Below are positions 22,185 to 40,716 of a stretch of DNA of 64,000 nucleotides, in pieces (position 1 is the first letter of the stretch; every line of letters starts with the position of its first letter). Below the pieces are notes generated by a model. The model was not told the origin of the DNA and ran no database searches. It was given only the letters and a program-made list of their open reading frames with translations. Made by a program: the position numbers and the translations under genes. The DNA is from the human T2T-CHM13v2.0 reference genome, Homo sapiens, in assembly GCF_009914755.1 (NCBI RefSeq), contig NC_060940.1. One strand, given 5' to 3'.

Positions 22185-22320
22185 TGTACAGTGCTTATGT
22201 AAGAAACATTTACTCACTTAAACCCCACACAACACTATGAGGTGGGTCTCATGGCATCCCCATTTTACAGCTGAGGAAACTGAGACCCAGAGCGGTCACG
22301 TGGCTTGCCCTGCTCATAGC
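22185..22320 (-). mobile_element. MIR
   Basis: cccattttacagctgaggaaactgag core. Confidence 0.7.
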
Positions 22321-22512
22321 TGGTTTTCTTGCTGCCCCTTCAGAGTCTGCTCATGCAGGCCAGATCACATCAGTCCCCTGCTCACACCCCAGTGGGCTCC
22401 CATCTCACGCAGAACAGGAGTGAGAGCCCTCATCTCGCACGCATGAGATCCACCATGATCTGGCCTTGTTCCTTCCCTGCACTCATTCTCTCCCACCTTC
22501 AGGCACACCTTA

Positions 22513-22989
<477 letters not shown>

Positions 22990-23552
22990 TTACCCTGCTT
23001 TATTTTTCTCTATAACCTCATCACCACCCCATCCATTACATATTTCTTGTCTTGTTAGTTATCTGTCTTCAACCACTACATGTAAACTCCATGAATGTGG
23101 GGGCAGTTTGTTTACTCGTTGCTTTATCTCTAGTGCCCAGCACATTTGGTAAATATTTGTTGAGTGAACATCTTATGGACACAAGTGAGCTTATTACATA
23201 TGCATTTAAGGGAGGCTTGGGCTGGGCGCGGTGACTCACGCCTGTCATCCCAGCACTCTGGGAGGCTAAGGCAGGCAGATTGCTTGAGGCCAGGAGTTTG
23301 AGACCAGCCTGGGCAACATAGCAATGATAATGAAATGATAATGATAATGAAAACATTATCCAAGTGTGGTGGTGCATGCCTGTGGTCCCAGCTACTCAAG
23401 AGTCAGAAGCGGGAATTTCAGTTGAGCCCAGGAGTTTGAGGCTATGGTAAGCCATGATTGCACCACTGTACTCCAGCATGCGAAACAAAGTGAGACCCTG
23501 TCTCTAAATATAAAATATAAAATGAAATAAAATAATATTTTAATAAAAGGCT

Positions 23553-24071
23553 TGTTGTAACCAAGTGAATTGTAGAGAAACGCCACACTTTGAGACTAAT
23601 TCAGGAGTCATTTATTAGCCGGTGACCGAGAGACGGATAATGCTCGAAATTGTCTCGGGCCTGAAGAAGGGGCTAGATTTTCTTTTATACTGTGGCCTAA
23701 ATAGGGGAGGGAGGTTTAACTGAAGCAATTTTACAGAAGTAGAATAGGCAAAAAGTTAAAAAAGTAATTGGTTATAGAAGCAGTTACAAAAAATAAACAG
23801 TTCCAGGTGCAGGTGCTTAAACTATCACTAAGAGATAAATGCAGGGGCTTTAGGTACCTGCCACTGAGCACATCCCCAGGAGCTGCTGGTACAGCCTGCC
23901 TCAGTATCTTATCAGCAGTTTGCATTCCTGGGTGTGCTTGGAGTCAGCTTACACTAGTTATTCCCTTAAGGGGGATAAAGGGGGCTGCAAGTGAAGAAAC
24001 TAAAATGTAGTCTGTCTGTCTCTCTCTGCTAGGAGAGAGTCACTCAGGTTAAAACAAGGTAGGGTATCACG
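23553..24071 (-). mobile_element. Solo ERV1-class LTR (LTR15/LTR6-like; family tentative)
   Basis: 519 bp with TGTTG...TATCAC(G) ends, 4-bp TSD GGCT (23549-23552 / 24072-24075), minus-strand TATAAAAG (23682-23689) and AATAAA (23611-23616). Confidence 0.8.
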
Positions 24072-24195
24072 GGCTCTAGCTATCCAGGCAGATCCTTTAG
24101 AAAAGAGAACGTCCAACCTCTTGGGCTGCCCTTTGGGCCCTTATGCTCTGTTTGGTGGATCTCCAAGTCACGTGGGTGCTGGCTTCCGTCTGCAG

Positions 24196-24834
<639 letters not shown>

Positions 24835-25606
24835 TGACCTAGATACACTTTTTATGCTGTTTGTAGAATCAGCCTGCCCTGGGATCCTTTGTTAGAAATT
24901 GACCAGCCTTATGTTAAGGGTAGTCCGAGCCTGCTGTGAAGATGCTGGTGGGGGTATGTAGCTGTCAATGGTTATGACTTGCCAAACCTCCTTTTCACTG
25001 GGAAATCCTCATACCACATTAATAATGAAAAGGTCAAGCACGGTGGCCCAAAACTCTAATCTCAGCACTTTGGGAGGCCGAGGCAGGAGGATTACTTGAG
25101 CTCAGGAGTTTGAGACCAGCCTGGGCAACATAGTGAGACCCCATCTCTACAAAAAATTTAAAAAAAATTCATCAGGTATGGTGGTGCATACCTATAGTTC
25201 CAGCTACTCGGGAGGCTGAGGCAGGAGAATCATTTGAGTCCAGGAGGTCAAGCTGCAAGAGAGCTGTGATCGCACCACTGCACTCCAGCTTGGGCGACAG
25301 AGCGACACCCTGTCTCAAAATAAAAATAATGTTGAAAACAGAAAGCTCAGTATCCCAGGACTGTGTCCAGTGAGGCATGGAACTTCCATAACAATAACGC
25401 TTGAAACATAGATGACTTCTCAATAGGTTTTTTGTTTGTTTGTTTGTTTGTATGTTTGTTTGTTTTTGAGAGGTCGTTTCACTCTTGTCACCCAGGCTGG
25501 AGTGCAGTGGTGTGATCTCAGCTCACTGCAAACTCTGCCTCCCTGGTTCAAGCCTCAGCCTCCCAAGTAGCTGGGACTACAGGCGCATGCCACTACGTCT
25601 GGCTAA

Positions 25607-25747
<141 letters not shown>

Positions 25748-25974
25748 TAGGGTTTTATGAGTGCCAGAGAAGCCCACTAAGCCCCTTAAATATCAGGAAA
25801 CCCCATGGGAATGTGTCTGGTTATCACTCCTTGGTCCCAGCTCAGGAATGAGTTATACCTCCTATGGCTCACATGAGGTACCCAAATGGAAGGTAGAGTT
25901 CAACCTAGGTCGGGGTTTGAGCTGTGTTCCATCTTCTTGTACTACTTGTCTAAACCGAGGGGAAGGATGTGTGA

Positions 25975-26355
<381 letters not shown>

Positions 26356-26371
26356 TAATCCTCTATTCTAG

Positions 26372-26448
26372 CTAAAACTGAGCAAGAGGCTGACATTATA
26401 TTACCCCAGTTCTCCAAGCTGACAGTCACGGACTTCTTCTAGAAGCTG
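26372..26448 (+). pseudogene. RHPN2: RHPN2-like exon 12 (77 nt) with premature stop: KTEQEADIILPQFSKLTVTDFF*KL
   Basis: Acceptor ctctattctag|CT, donor CTG|gtatgt; TAG at 26440-26442 replaces Gln (about Q497). Confidence 0.93.
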
Positions 26449-26511
26449 GTATGTTGAAAGCTCTCTACATAAATGACCGAAGGGGACAGCTCTTCACTTT
26501 GGCGAGTATGG

Positions 26512-27244
<733 letters not shown>

Positions 27245-27924
27245 TAAAAGTAGTTTTTAGGTATTGTCTATTTAAAATTTTTTAAAATATTTTTTAACTT
27301 TTTTTAGAGATGTGGTCTCACTGTGTCACCTAGGCTGGATTACAGTGGCATGATCATAGCTCACTGCAGCCTGAACCTTCTGGGCTCAAGTGATCCTCCT
27401 GCGTTAGCTACCCTAGTAGATGGGACTACAGGCACACACCACCACGTCCAACTAATTTTTATTTCTTGTAGAGATGGGGTCTTGCTATGTTGCCTAGGCT
27501 GGTCTCAAACCCTGGGTTCCAACCATCCTCCTGCCTAGGCATCCCAGAGTGCTGGGATTACAGGTATGAGCCACTATGCCTGACCTGAGATTTTTTTTCC
27601 TTTTTTTTTTTTTAAGACAGGGTCTAACTCTGTTTTCACCCAGGCTGGAGTGCAGTGGCACAATCAGTTCACTGCAGCCTCGAACTGCTGGGCTCAAGAA
27701 GTCCTCCTGCCTCAGCAGCCTAAGTAGATGGAACCATAGGCGTGCACCACCATGCCTGGCTAATTCTTTTATGTTTTTGGTAGAGAATGGTTCCCGCTAT
27801 GTTGCCCAGGCTGGTCTCAAACCCCTGGCCTCAAGCAATCCTTCTGCCTTGGTCACACAAAGTGCTTAGGATTACAGGCAAGACATGTCTGGTCTTAAGT
27901 TGTTTATATTAGAGATTTTATTTA

Positions 27925-28107
<183 letters not shown>

Positions 28108-28458
28108 TCAGGAGAATTGCTTGAACCCGGGAGGCAGAGGCTGCAGTGAGCCGAGATTACACCACCACACTCTAGCCTGGGCGATAGAGTGAGACAATGT
28201 CTCAAAAAAAAAAAAAAGAAAAAGATAATTAATACAATGTCTAAAAGATAATTTTATTGTAAATATATTGGGTATGTTTGAGAAGATGGCTTTCCAGGTT
28301 CTCGCATGACTGCTGTAGCATGTATGCCCCCAGATGTGTCATTTGTCCCTGAACAAGGCCAAGTGAGATCTTCAAGGACAGCAGGCAAAATTCCCTTTAG
28401 CTTTCAAGTGTCTGATCCAGCCTTCAAATCCTACACCTAATGATGCTCTCTTCCAAAG

Positions 28459-28605
28459 GGCCCCTTATCTGTGTTTTTGGCTAACAAGCAGTAGACGCCT
28501 CCTCGAAGCATCCCCTTCACTGCAGAAGAAGGGGACTTGGGGTTCACCTTAAGAGGGAATGCCCCCATTGAGGTTCACTTCCTGGATCCTTACTGCTCTT
28601 CCTCG
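28459..28605 (+). pseudogene. RHPN2: RHPN2-like exon 13 (147 nt) with premature stop, start of PDZ: GPLSVFLANKQ*TPP...GDLGFTLRG
   Basis: Acceptor ctcttccaaag|GGC, donor TCG|gtaagc; TAG at 28492-28494 replaces Trp (about W511); PDZ carboxylate-binding loop DLGF. Confidence 0.93.
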
Positions 28606-29385
28606 GTAAGCACATGCTTTTCTTGGTTGGCAGCAAACACAGATATCTGGGTGATTGAATTTAGGGCGGGTTCACCCATGTCAAAGGCCTGACTTGATGT
28701 GAAAGGCCTCATGGGTGCTACAGTCCCTAAAAGAAAAGGATTAATTTTTACTGTCTTTTTTTTGTTTTTAGTTTTTTTTAGACGTTGGGAGGTGGACGTT
28801 GCAGTGAGTCCTGATTGTGCAGTGGCACGATCTCAGGGCTCAGTGCAGCTTCTGCTTCCTGGGTTCTAGTGATTCTCCTGTCTCAGCTTCCTGAGTAGCT
28901 GGGATTACAGGCACGTGCCACCACACTCAGCTAATTTTAGTTTTTGTTTTTGTTTTTTGAGACACATTTTTGCTCTGTCGCCCAGGCTGGAGTGCAGTGG
29001 CGCAATCTTGGTTCACTGCAACCTCCACCTCCTGGGTTCAAGTAATTCTTCTGCCTCCGCCTGCTGAGTAGCTGGGATTACAGGTGTGTGTCACCATGCC
29101 CAGCTAATTTTTTGTGTGTTTTTAGTAGAGACGGGGTTTCACCGTGTTAGCCAGGATGGTCTTGATCTCCTGATCTTGTGATCTGCCCACCTCGGCCTCC
29201 CAAAGTGCTGGGATTACAAGTGTGAGCTACCTGGCCCGGCCTAATTTTTGTATTTTTAGTAGAAACGGGGTTTTGCCATGTTGGCCAGGCTGGTCTCGAA
29301 CTCCTGGCCTCAAATATTCTGTCTGCCTTGGCCTCCCAGAGTGCTAGGATTATAGGCGTGAGCCACTGTGCCTGGCCAATTTTGA

Positions 29386-29592
<207 letters not shown>

Positions 29593-29743
29593 TGACCTCA
29601 AGTGATCTACCCGTCTCAGCCACCCAACGTGAATTTTTGCTTTCTTGATGTGAACTTACGCAAATACCTATTTTGTTAATGGGGACTGATTCAAGGATTT
29701 GAGTGAACAAAACGTTGACTTATTTTCAACAATACTTTTTCAG

Positions 29744-29899
29744 GTGGCAGGAGCCCGGGAAGGAGATTATATTGTCTCCATTCAGCTTGTGGATTGTAAG
29801 TGGCTGATGGTGAGTGAGGTTATGAAGCTGCTGAAGAGCTTTGGCGAGGACAAGATCGAGATGAAAGCCGTGAGCCTCCTGGACTCCACATCATCCGTG
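29744..29899 (+). pseudogene. RHPN2: RHPN2-like exon 14 (156 nt), PDZ second half: VAGAREGDYIVSIQ...LLDSTSSV
   Basis: Acceptor tactttttcag|GTG, donor GTG|gtgagc. Confidence 0.93.
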
Positions 29900-30183
29900 G
29901 TGAGCACTGACACCTCCCTGGGCAGTCAGTAGTGGCGTGGAGTGAAATCTACATGAGTTCAGCCCCAGGGTTGTTTACCAGACCCTCTGTCTCCTGCCTG
30001 TGTAACATGGTACAAATGACTGGACTCCCAGGCTTGTAATCACTGTAATGTGCTCACCTTGGGTCAAAGAGAAAATTGGCAAACTGTTTCTTTTTAAAGA
30101 CAGGGTCTTGCCCTATTGCCCAGGCTGGTTTGCAGTGGTATGATCATGGCTTACTGCAGCCTCTATCTCCTCGGTTTAAGTGA

Positions 30184-30477
<294 letters not shown>

Positions 30478-31155
30478 TAGCCAGGATGGTCTCGATCTCC
30501 TGACCTCGTGATCCACCCACCTCGGCCTCCCAGAGTGCTGGGATTACAGGTGTGAGCCACCATGCCCAGCCCATTCTTTATTTTTTGTAGAGACAGGTTC
30601 TCGCTGTGTTGCCAAGACTGGTCTTGAACTCCTGGGCTCAAGCCATCCTCTGACCTTGGCCTCCCAAAGTGCTGGGATTACAGGTGTGAGCCACTGCACC
30701 CTGCTAGCAAACTTTTAAAAATATCCTGTGGATAAAATAATCAACTGATCTATTTTTCTGATCAAATTGTTTAATTACAAAAGTAATACATACTCAGTGA
30801 AAAAAACAAAAAACAAAAAAAATTCTAATGGTACAGAAGAGCTTAAGACGACCTGTGAAAGTTAAGACAATCCCTCTGTATGCCCTAGAGGCAGTGTCAG
30901 CCATGTTCTGGGAGATTTGGGAAGCATTTGAGTCTCTCAAGTTCACCTGCACAGTTACCACCTTTAATTTTCCCCATGTGAGGCCGGGCACGGTGCTCAT
31001 GTTTGTAATCTGAGTACTTTTGGAGGCTGAGGTGTGTGGATTGCTTGAAGTCAGGAGTTCAAGACAAGCCTGACCAACAAGGCAAACCCTGTCTCTACTG
31101 AAAATATAAAAATTAGCTGGGCATGGTGGTGCACGCCTGTAACCCCAGCTACTCA

Positions 31156-31290
<135 letters not shown>

Positions 31291-31371
31291 TCATGCCACA
31301 CTTAATGACGTTCTCCTCTGCACTTTGCCACACTTAATGACGTACCCTCGACCTTCCCTCTGTAACAACAC

Positions 31372-32010
31372 TCATTTATTCATTCAACAAATATTGATTG
31401 AGGATCAATTGGGTGCCAGACACTCTCTTAGGTGTCAGAGCTCCAGTTTACATTACACAGGTAAGGTCCCTGCCCCTCCCCACGAAGCTGGCACTAAGTC
31501 AGTAAATAAATGGTCAGGATTTTGATAAGTGTTGTAAAGGAAAAAAGACCTGTAATGGGGTGGAATGACTGGAGAGGAGGCGAGGCTCTATCTAGGCAGG
31601 GCTGGAACAGACATGAGAGTGACCAGGAGGTTCGAGCCAGTTGCAGAGAGACAAGAAAGGCCTTCTGGGCAGGGGCACCTACAGGTACAGGGCCCCTGCA
31701 GCAGAATAAGCTTCTCCTACCAGAGAGGCAAAAGGAAGGCCTTTTGGCCAGAGCACCAGGACAAGGAAGGGAGCCGTGGGAAGTGAGGTAGGAAGGAGGC
31801 CTTGGCGGCAGTGGTGGGAGCTTGGAAGCCACTGAGCATTTTCAGAAGGGGAACGGCGTGGTGTGATGTTTGTTTTAGAAGGGCGTCTGCTGCCGGAGAC
31901 TGGCCATGGCAGTTGTCCAGGCTGGTGAAGTTAGTGGCTGAGGTGATGGGGGTGGCTGTAGAGTTGGAGAGACATGAGTGTCCCTGGGACATAGTTTGGA
32001 GGTAGAGCTG
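31372..32010 (-). mobile_element. L2 3' fragment
   Basis: cattcaacaaatattgattgag...tgccagacact L2 tail followed by degenerate body. Confidence 0.6.
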
Positions 32011-33182
32011 ATGGGGGATTTGTGGATGATTTGTGTAAAGGAGACAGTGAACAGGGAGGTGAGGCCTCAGTTTTTGGCTTGATCAATCTCATGGGTAGTG
32101 GTTATTTTTCTACCTTTAATTTCATTTTTCTCTTGTTGTTTTTTTGTTTGTTTTTTGTTTTGTTTTGTTTTGTTTTTGAGACAGGGTCTTACTCTGTTGC
32201 TTGCCTGGAATGCAGTGGTGCAATCATAGCTCACTATAGCCTTGACTTCCTGGGCTGAGGCAATCCTTTTGCCTCAGCCTCCCGAGTAGCTGGAACTACA
32301 GGTGTGTACCACTATGCCTGGCTAATTTGTTTATTTACCTATTGTAATTTTTTTTTGGTAGAGATGGGGCCTTGATATATTGCCAAGGTTGGCCTCAAAC
32401 TCCTGGCCTTAAGCGATCCTTCCACCTCCGCCTCCCAAAGTGTTGGGATTACAGGCATTAGCCACCATGCCCAGCCTGGTTATTTTTCATAATGATGGGT
32501 AATGGGTGTGAGGGAGGTGAAGGAGAGAGAAATCAAGAGTCATGTTTTGAATGTTTCAGATGCTATTAGCAGTCAGACATAAGCATAAAGGAGGAGACTG
32601 GATGTGAAGTCTTCAGTTCGAGGAAGAAATCAGAGCTAGAAATAAATATTTGAGAATCATTGCACATGGATGATATTTGAGGCTGTGAGACAAAATGCAG
32701 CTCCCTGCAAGGGGGCTAGGGCTGAGGGCTAAACATTTAGAGGTCAGTTGGAAGAGAAGCAAGTGCAAAGAAAATGCAGGAGAGTTCAGAGATGTCGGAG
32801 GAAAGGAGCTTCTCAAATTAAGAGGAGAAAGCTCTGCAGGAGAGAGTGATGGGTTGCATTGAATGCAGTTGAGAGGTGGAGAATGAGGTTGGCTTAGCTG
32901 TGCCTATTGTATTTGGCAGCAGGATGAAAAGACACTTTGGTGGAGAGGTGGCAACAGAAGTCAGTTGAGAGAGGGCCAGAGAGCCAATGGATTTTGAGTC
33001 CGTGGATATGAAATGCTCAGCATAGGCAAATCCAGAGACAGAAAGTAGATGCTGCTGGGGCTGGGCAATGGGAGTGGGGAGGGACTGCTGAAGGGTCATA
33101 AGGTAGAAGGTTTCTTTTTGGGGGGATGGAAATATTCTGAAATTAGGTAGTATGATGGTCACCTAACTTTGTGAATATACTA

Positions 33183-33329
<147 letters not shown>

Positions 33330-33541
33330 TTAGCATGGCATGGTGGCACACACCTGTAGTCCCAGCTGCTTGGGGGGCTGAGGCCGGAGGATCACTTGAG
33401 CCCAGGGAGGTTGGGGCTGCAGGGAGCTATGATTGTACCACTGCACTCCAGCCTGGGTGTCAGAGCAAGACCCTGTCTCAAAAATAATAAATAAAAGCCA
33501 CAGAAGGGTATTAAAATGGTGAATTTTATGCATGTATGTGA

Positions 33542-33787
<246 letters not shown>

Positions 33788-34525
33788 TGATCCATCCACC
33801 TCGGCCTCCCGAAGTACTGGGATTATAGGCGTGAGCCACTGCACCTGATATACTTCAAATTTTAAAAGAAGATAAAGTCAAGGGACGCAGAGCATCTTGG
33901 GAGAAGGGATCATAAGAAATTATATTTTTAGGGACAAAACGCATGGAGTTTATGGACAAGTGATTAAGGTCCGCAGCAGAAACAGAAAAGAAGTTTGTCC
34001 AAAAGGAGGTTAGAGAAAAGAGCCGAGCCACATACTGAAGGTTGGAGTAGGGACCCCGTCAGCAGAGGCCTGAGTTTATGGGGCATGCCCTGCCCCCTGT
34101 GAGAGGTGCAAAGGCTTGACTTTCAAGCCTGTGACATCTTTACACCAGGCCAAGGAAGGGGCTGCTGTAGTAGCTAAAAGCAAGGGTTCTGCACTGAGAC
34201 AGTCTAGATGTGTATCCTGGCTTTCCACCACCGTTGTGTGGCCTTCAGCAAGTCAGTGAATAGCTGTGAGCCTCAGGATAAACTGAGTTTACATAAAGCC
34301 CTTCCAAGAGGGCCAAACATGAGCTGCATTTCAATTCACAATAAGCATTATAATGATGATAACCATGATCATGATGTTTATTCTTTTCACCCAGCAGGAT
34401 GTCTTTAATTTTTTTAAAAATAATGTTTTTAGGCCGGGCGCAGTGGCTCACGCCTGTAATCCCAGGACTTTGGGAGGCTGAGACGGGTGGATCACGAGGT
34501 CAGGAGATCGAAACCATCCTGGCTA

Positions 34526-35132
<607 letters not shown>

Positions 35133-35423
35133 CTAGGACTACAGTCATGCAACACCATACTCAGCTAATTTTTCATATTTTTTTGTAGAGATGGGGCTTC
35201 ACCGTGTTGCCCTAGCTGTTCTCTAACTTCTAAGCTCAAGAAATCCACCTACCTTGCCTCCCAAAGTGCTGGGATTACAGGCATGAGCCAGCATGCCCGG
35301 CCAAATAATTTCTTTTGTTGTTGTTTTTTGTTTTGTTTTGTTTGTTTTGAGACAGGGTCTCACTCAGTTGCCCAGGCTGGAGGGCAATAGTGCAATCATA
35401 GTTCACTACAGCCTCGAGTTCTA

Positions 35424-35713
<290 letters not shown>

Positions 35714-35955
35714 CTAATTTTTAATTTTTTTTGCAGTGACAGTCTCATTTTGTTGCCCAGCCTGGTCCCAGACTCCTGGGCTTAAGCAATCTTCCTGCCT
35801 CCGCCTCCCAAAGTGTTAGGATTACAGGAATGAGCCAGTGCACCAGGCCAAAAGTAATTTCCTTTTGTCTTTTATTTAACTAATTTTGTAGTGATGGGGT
35901 CTAACTGAGTTATCCAAGCTGATCTTGAATTCCTAGCCTCAAGAGACCCTCTTGA

Positions 35956-36336
<381 letters not shown>

Positions 36337-37366
36337 TAATTTGTCTATTAATTTTTATGATAAGGATTTTAGATAATGACAGCCAAGCACTGTTTTTAGT
36401 GACTGAACCTTTCAAACAAAATCAAATAAAGAGAGCATCTATCCTAGCACTCTGGCTGAACCGATGACCTGCTGCCCTTGGCTACCCTCTTGACTACAGT
36501 GGGGATCCCTAGCTGGACAAATCTAAGCTTGGAATCAAGCTCTGGAATTAGGCCCTGACTGCCGTTCACAAGCTGTGTTACCTTCAGCACGTTCATACCC
36601 TCCCTGGGCCTCGGTTTTCTCATCCAGAGGATGGAAGAGTTAGGCCTACACAGTGGTTTTAAACTGTGCTCTATAAAGTCCTAAGAGTTCTAGAGGGATA
36701 CCCCAGTGGATTTGAGTGAGGAGTGGGTGGCGTGGAAAGAAATAGTAAATGGAGCTGGGCACAGTGGCTCAAGCCTGTAATCCCAGCACTTTGGGAGGCT
36801 GAGGCAGGTGGATCACTTGAGGCCAGAAGTTGAAGACCAACCTGGCCAACATGGTGAAACCCTGACTCTACTAAAAATACAAAAATTATCTGGGCATGGT
36901 GGCATGTGCCTGTAATCCCAGCTACTTGGGAGGCTGAGGCAGGAAAATCACTTGAACCTGGAGGTGGATGTTGCAGTGAGCCAAGATTGGGCCACTGCAC
37001 TCCAGCCTGGTGACAGCAAGACTCTGTCTCAAAAAAAAAAAAGGCTTTTCAAAGAAAGTAGTGGTACACATTGCAGGAGTGAGAGAGAGTGTATGTGGGT
37101 ATGATACTGGGGTGGACCTGGAGGGGAATAGGGTCAAGAAAGGCTTTACTTTTTTTTTTTGAGACAGAGTCTCACTCTTTCACCCAGGCTGGAATGCAGT
37201 GAGTGGCGCTATCTCAGCTCACTGCAAGCTTCACCTCCTGGTTCACACCATTCTCCTGCCTCAGCCTCCCGAGTAGCTGGGACTACAGGTGCCTGCCACC
37301 ACGCCCGGCTATTTTTTTGTATTTTTAGTAGAGGCGGGTTTCACTGTGTTAGCCAGGATGGTCTCA

Positions 37367-37810
<444 letters not shown>

Positions 37811-39142
37811 TCAGGAGGAGAGTGAAGATAAGAAACAAGAATACAGGAGAAAAGGAAATGAAATTACTAGGGACACACAAGAGTGCCAGGAAATGGGTGC
37901 CTATTAGAGGTTTGGGGTCAGGTTAGAATTCCAAGGGAAGCCTTGGTGAGTGTCCTCCAGCAATGAACAACCTTTCAGATACAGGCCCTAGGGGAGGCAG
38001 AGGGTGGAGATGAGCGAGTTAGCATTGCTGGGGGCAGATGGAAGAGAACTGAGGGTATTTATAAGGCAGTGGTTTTGATACACAATGGACTTTGAGCAGC
38101 TGAGGGTTGGGAAATTCTTTCAGGCCTCACATCTGTCTCCAGGATTATTCGTTTTATTATTGTTTTAAATGACATTGTGTAAAACATGGTGGAGTTAGTG
38201 GTCAGTTTTCCAGAAAAGGAAGAGGCATCTCCATCCTTAGGGGCTCAAAGTACCCCCTACTTTATTGCTGCATAACTCAGATTCCTGAGGGTTTATTTTA
38301 TTTATTTATTCATTATTTATTTATTTTTGGCGATAGAGTCTCACTCCATCGCCCAGGCTGGAGTGCAGTGATGTGATCTTGGCTCACTGCAACCTCTGCC
38401 TCCTGGGTTCAAGTGATTCTTCTGCCTCAGCTCCTGAGTAGCTGGGATTGCAGGTGTGCACCACCACACCCGGCTAATTTTTGTATTTTTAGTAGAGATG
38501 GAGTTTCACCATGTTGGCCACCAGGGTCTGGAACCCCTGGCCTCAAGTGATCCACCCACCTCAGCCTTCCAAAGTATTGGGATTACAGGTGTAAGACACT
38601 GTGCCCGGCCCCTCTTAGGGTTTATATTAGGAACAATGTCCTCAACTATTGCAGCGATATATTGTATGCCTAATTTTAGTGCCAGAACATAGTAGACCAT
38701 CAATAAACATGTGGCGAACTAAACAATCTCAATATTAGGCAAACCTTAGAAGCTGGCGATAGCCCATGTGGAAGTCTTCAGAAAGCAAGCTTCCTTAGAT
38801 TTCCAGTTTGAATCCTACATGATTCTTGGAAAGTTAATAGTAGAGAGTGTTTAATTGTACAAAGTTTCAGCTGAGGAAGATGAAAAAGTTTTAGAGATGG
38901 ATGGTGGCAGTGGAGCATAATGATGTGAATGTAGTTAATGCCACTGAACTCTACACTTGAAAATGATGAAAATGGCACTCCAGCCTGGGCGACAGAGCGA
39001 GACTCCGTCTTAAAAAAAAAAAAAAGAAAAAAAGAAAAAAGAAAATCAGGTGTAGAATAGTGTAGTTTATTCCTTTTAAGAAAATGAATGGTAATATATT
39101 TATGTACATACAAAAATACCTGTACATGCACATCATCTCTAG

Positions 39143-39469
<327 letters not shown>

Positions 39470-40095
39470 TAGTAATTATTACTTTCTCAAATAGAAGAAG
39501 AACCTTAAAATGTGAGTTGTGGCTCCTAAGCTTAAATTTTTACTATTGAGTACATTCCTTAAAAATTATCCTTGTTGGGCTGGGCGCAGTGGCTCATGCT
39601 TGTAATTCTAGCACTTTGGGAGGCCGAGGCAGGTGGATCACGAGGTCAGGAGATCAAGACCATGGTGAAACCCCTTTCTACTAAAAATACAAAAAATTAG
39701 CCAGGTGTGGTGGTGGGCGTCTGTAGTCCCAGCTACTCAGAGAGGCTGAGGCAGGAGAATGGCATTAACCCGGGAGGTGGAGCTTGCAGTGAGCCGAGAT
39801 CGTGCCACTGCACTCCAGCCTGGGTGACAGAGTGAGACTCCGTCTTAAAAAAAAAAACAAAAACAAAAAACAAACAAACAAAAAATTATCCTTGTTGCAC
39901 CTGGTGGCACACACCTAGAGCCCCAGCTACTCAGGAGGCCAAGGCAGGAAGATCACTTGATCCCAGGAGTTCAAGACCAGTCTGGGCAACATAGCAAGAC
40001 CCTGTCTCAAAAAAGAAAAACAGTTTGTCCTTGTTTTAAGAACCTAATTCTATATAAGCATTGGTCACCTGAGTTTCTGAATTATGTCTGTTTAA

Positions 40096-40251
<156 letters not shown>

Positions 40252-40455
40252 TAATTTTTGTATTTTAGTAGAGATGGGGTTTCACCATGTTGGCCAGGCT
40301 GGTCTTGGACTCCTGACCTCAAGTGATCCACCTTCTTCAACCTCCCAAAGTGTTGGGATTACATGTGTGAGCCACTGCGCCTGGCCAGACTTTGTAGTTT
40401 GTATCATCTATCTTGATGATGCCTGACGCCCTTTTTCTTTCTTTTCTATGTGCAG

Positions 40456-40716
40456 CATAATAAGAGTGCCACATACTCCGTGGGAATGCAGAAAACGTAC
40501 TCCATGATCTGCTTAGCCATTGATGATGATGACAAAACTGATAAAACCCAGAAAATCTCCAAGAAGCTTTCCTTCCTGAGTTGGGGCACCAGAAAGAACA
40601 GACAGAAGTCAGCCAGCAACTTGTGCCTCCCATCGGTCGGGGCTGCACGGCCTCAGGTCAAGAAGAAGCTGCCCTCCCCTTTCAGCCTTCTCAACTCAGA
40701 CAGTTCTTCATACTAA
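40456..40716 (+). pseudogene. RHPN2: RHPN2-like terminal exon 15, coding part (261 nt): HNKSATYSVG...SLLNSDSSSY*
   Basis: Acceptor after a long pyrimidine tract (tgtgcag|CAT); TAA at 40714-40716. Confidence 0.93.
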
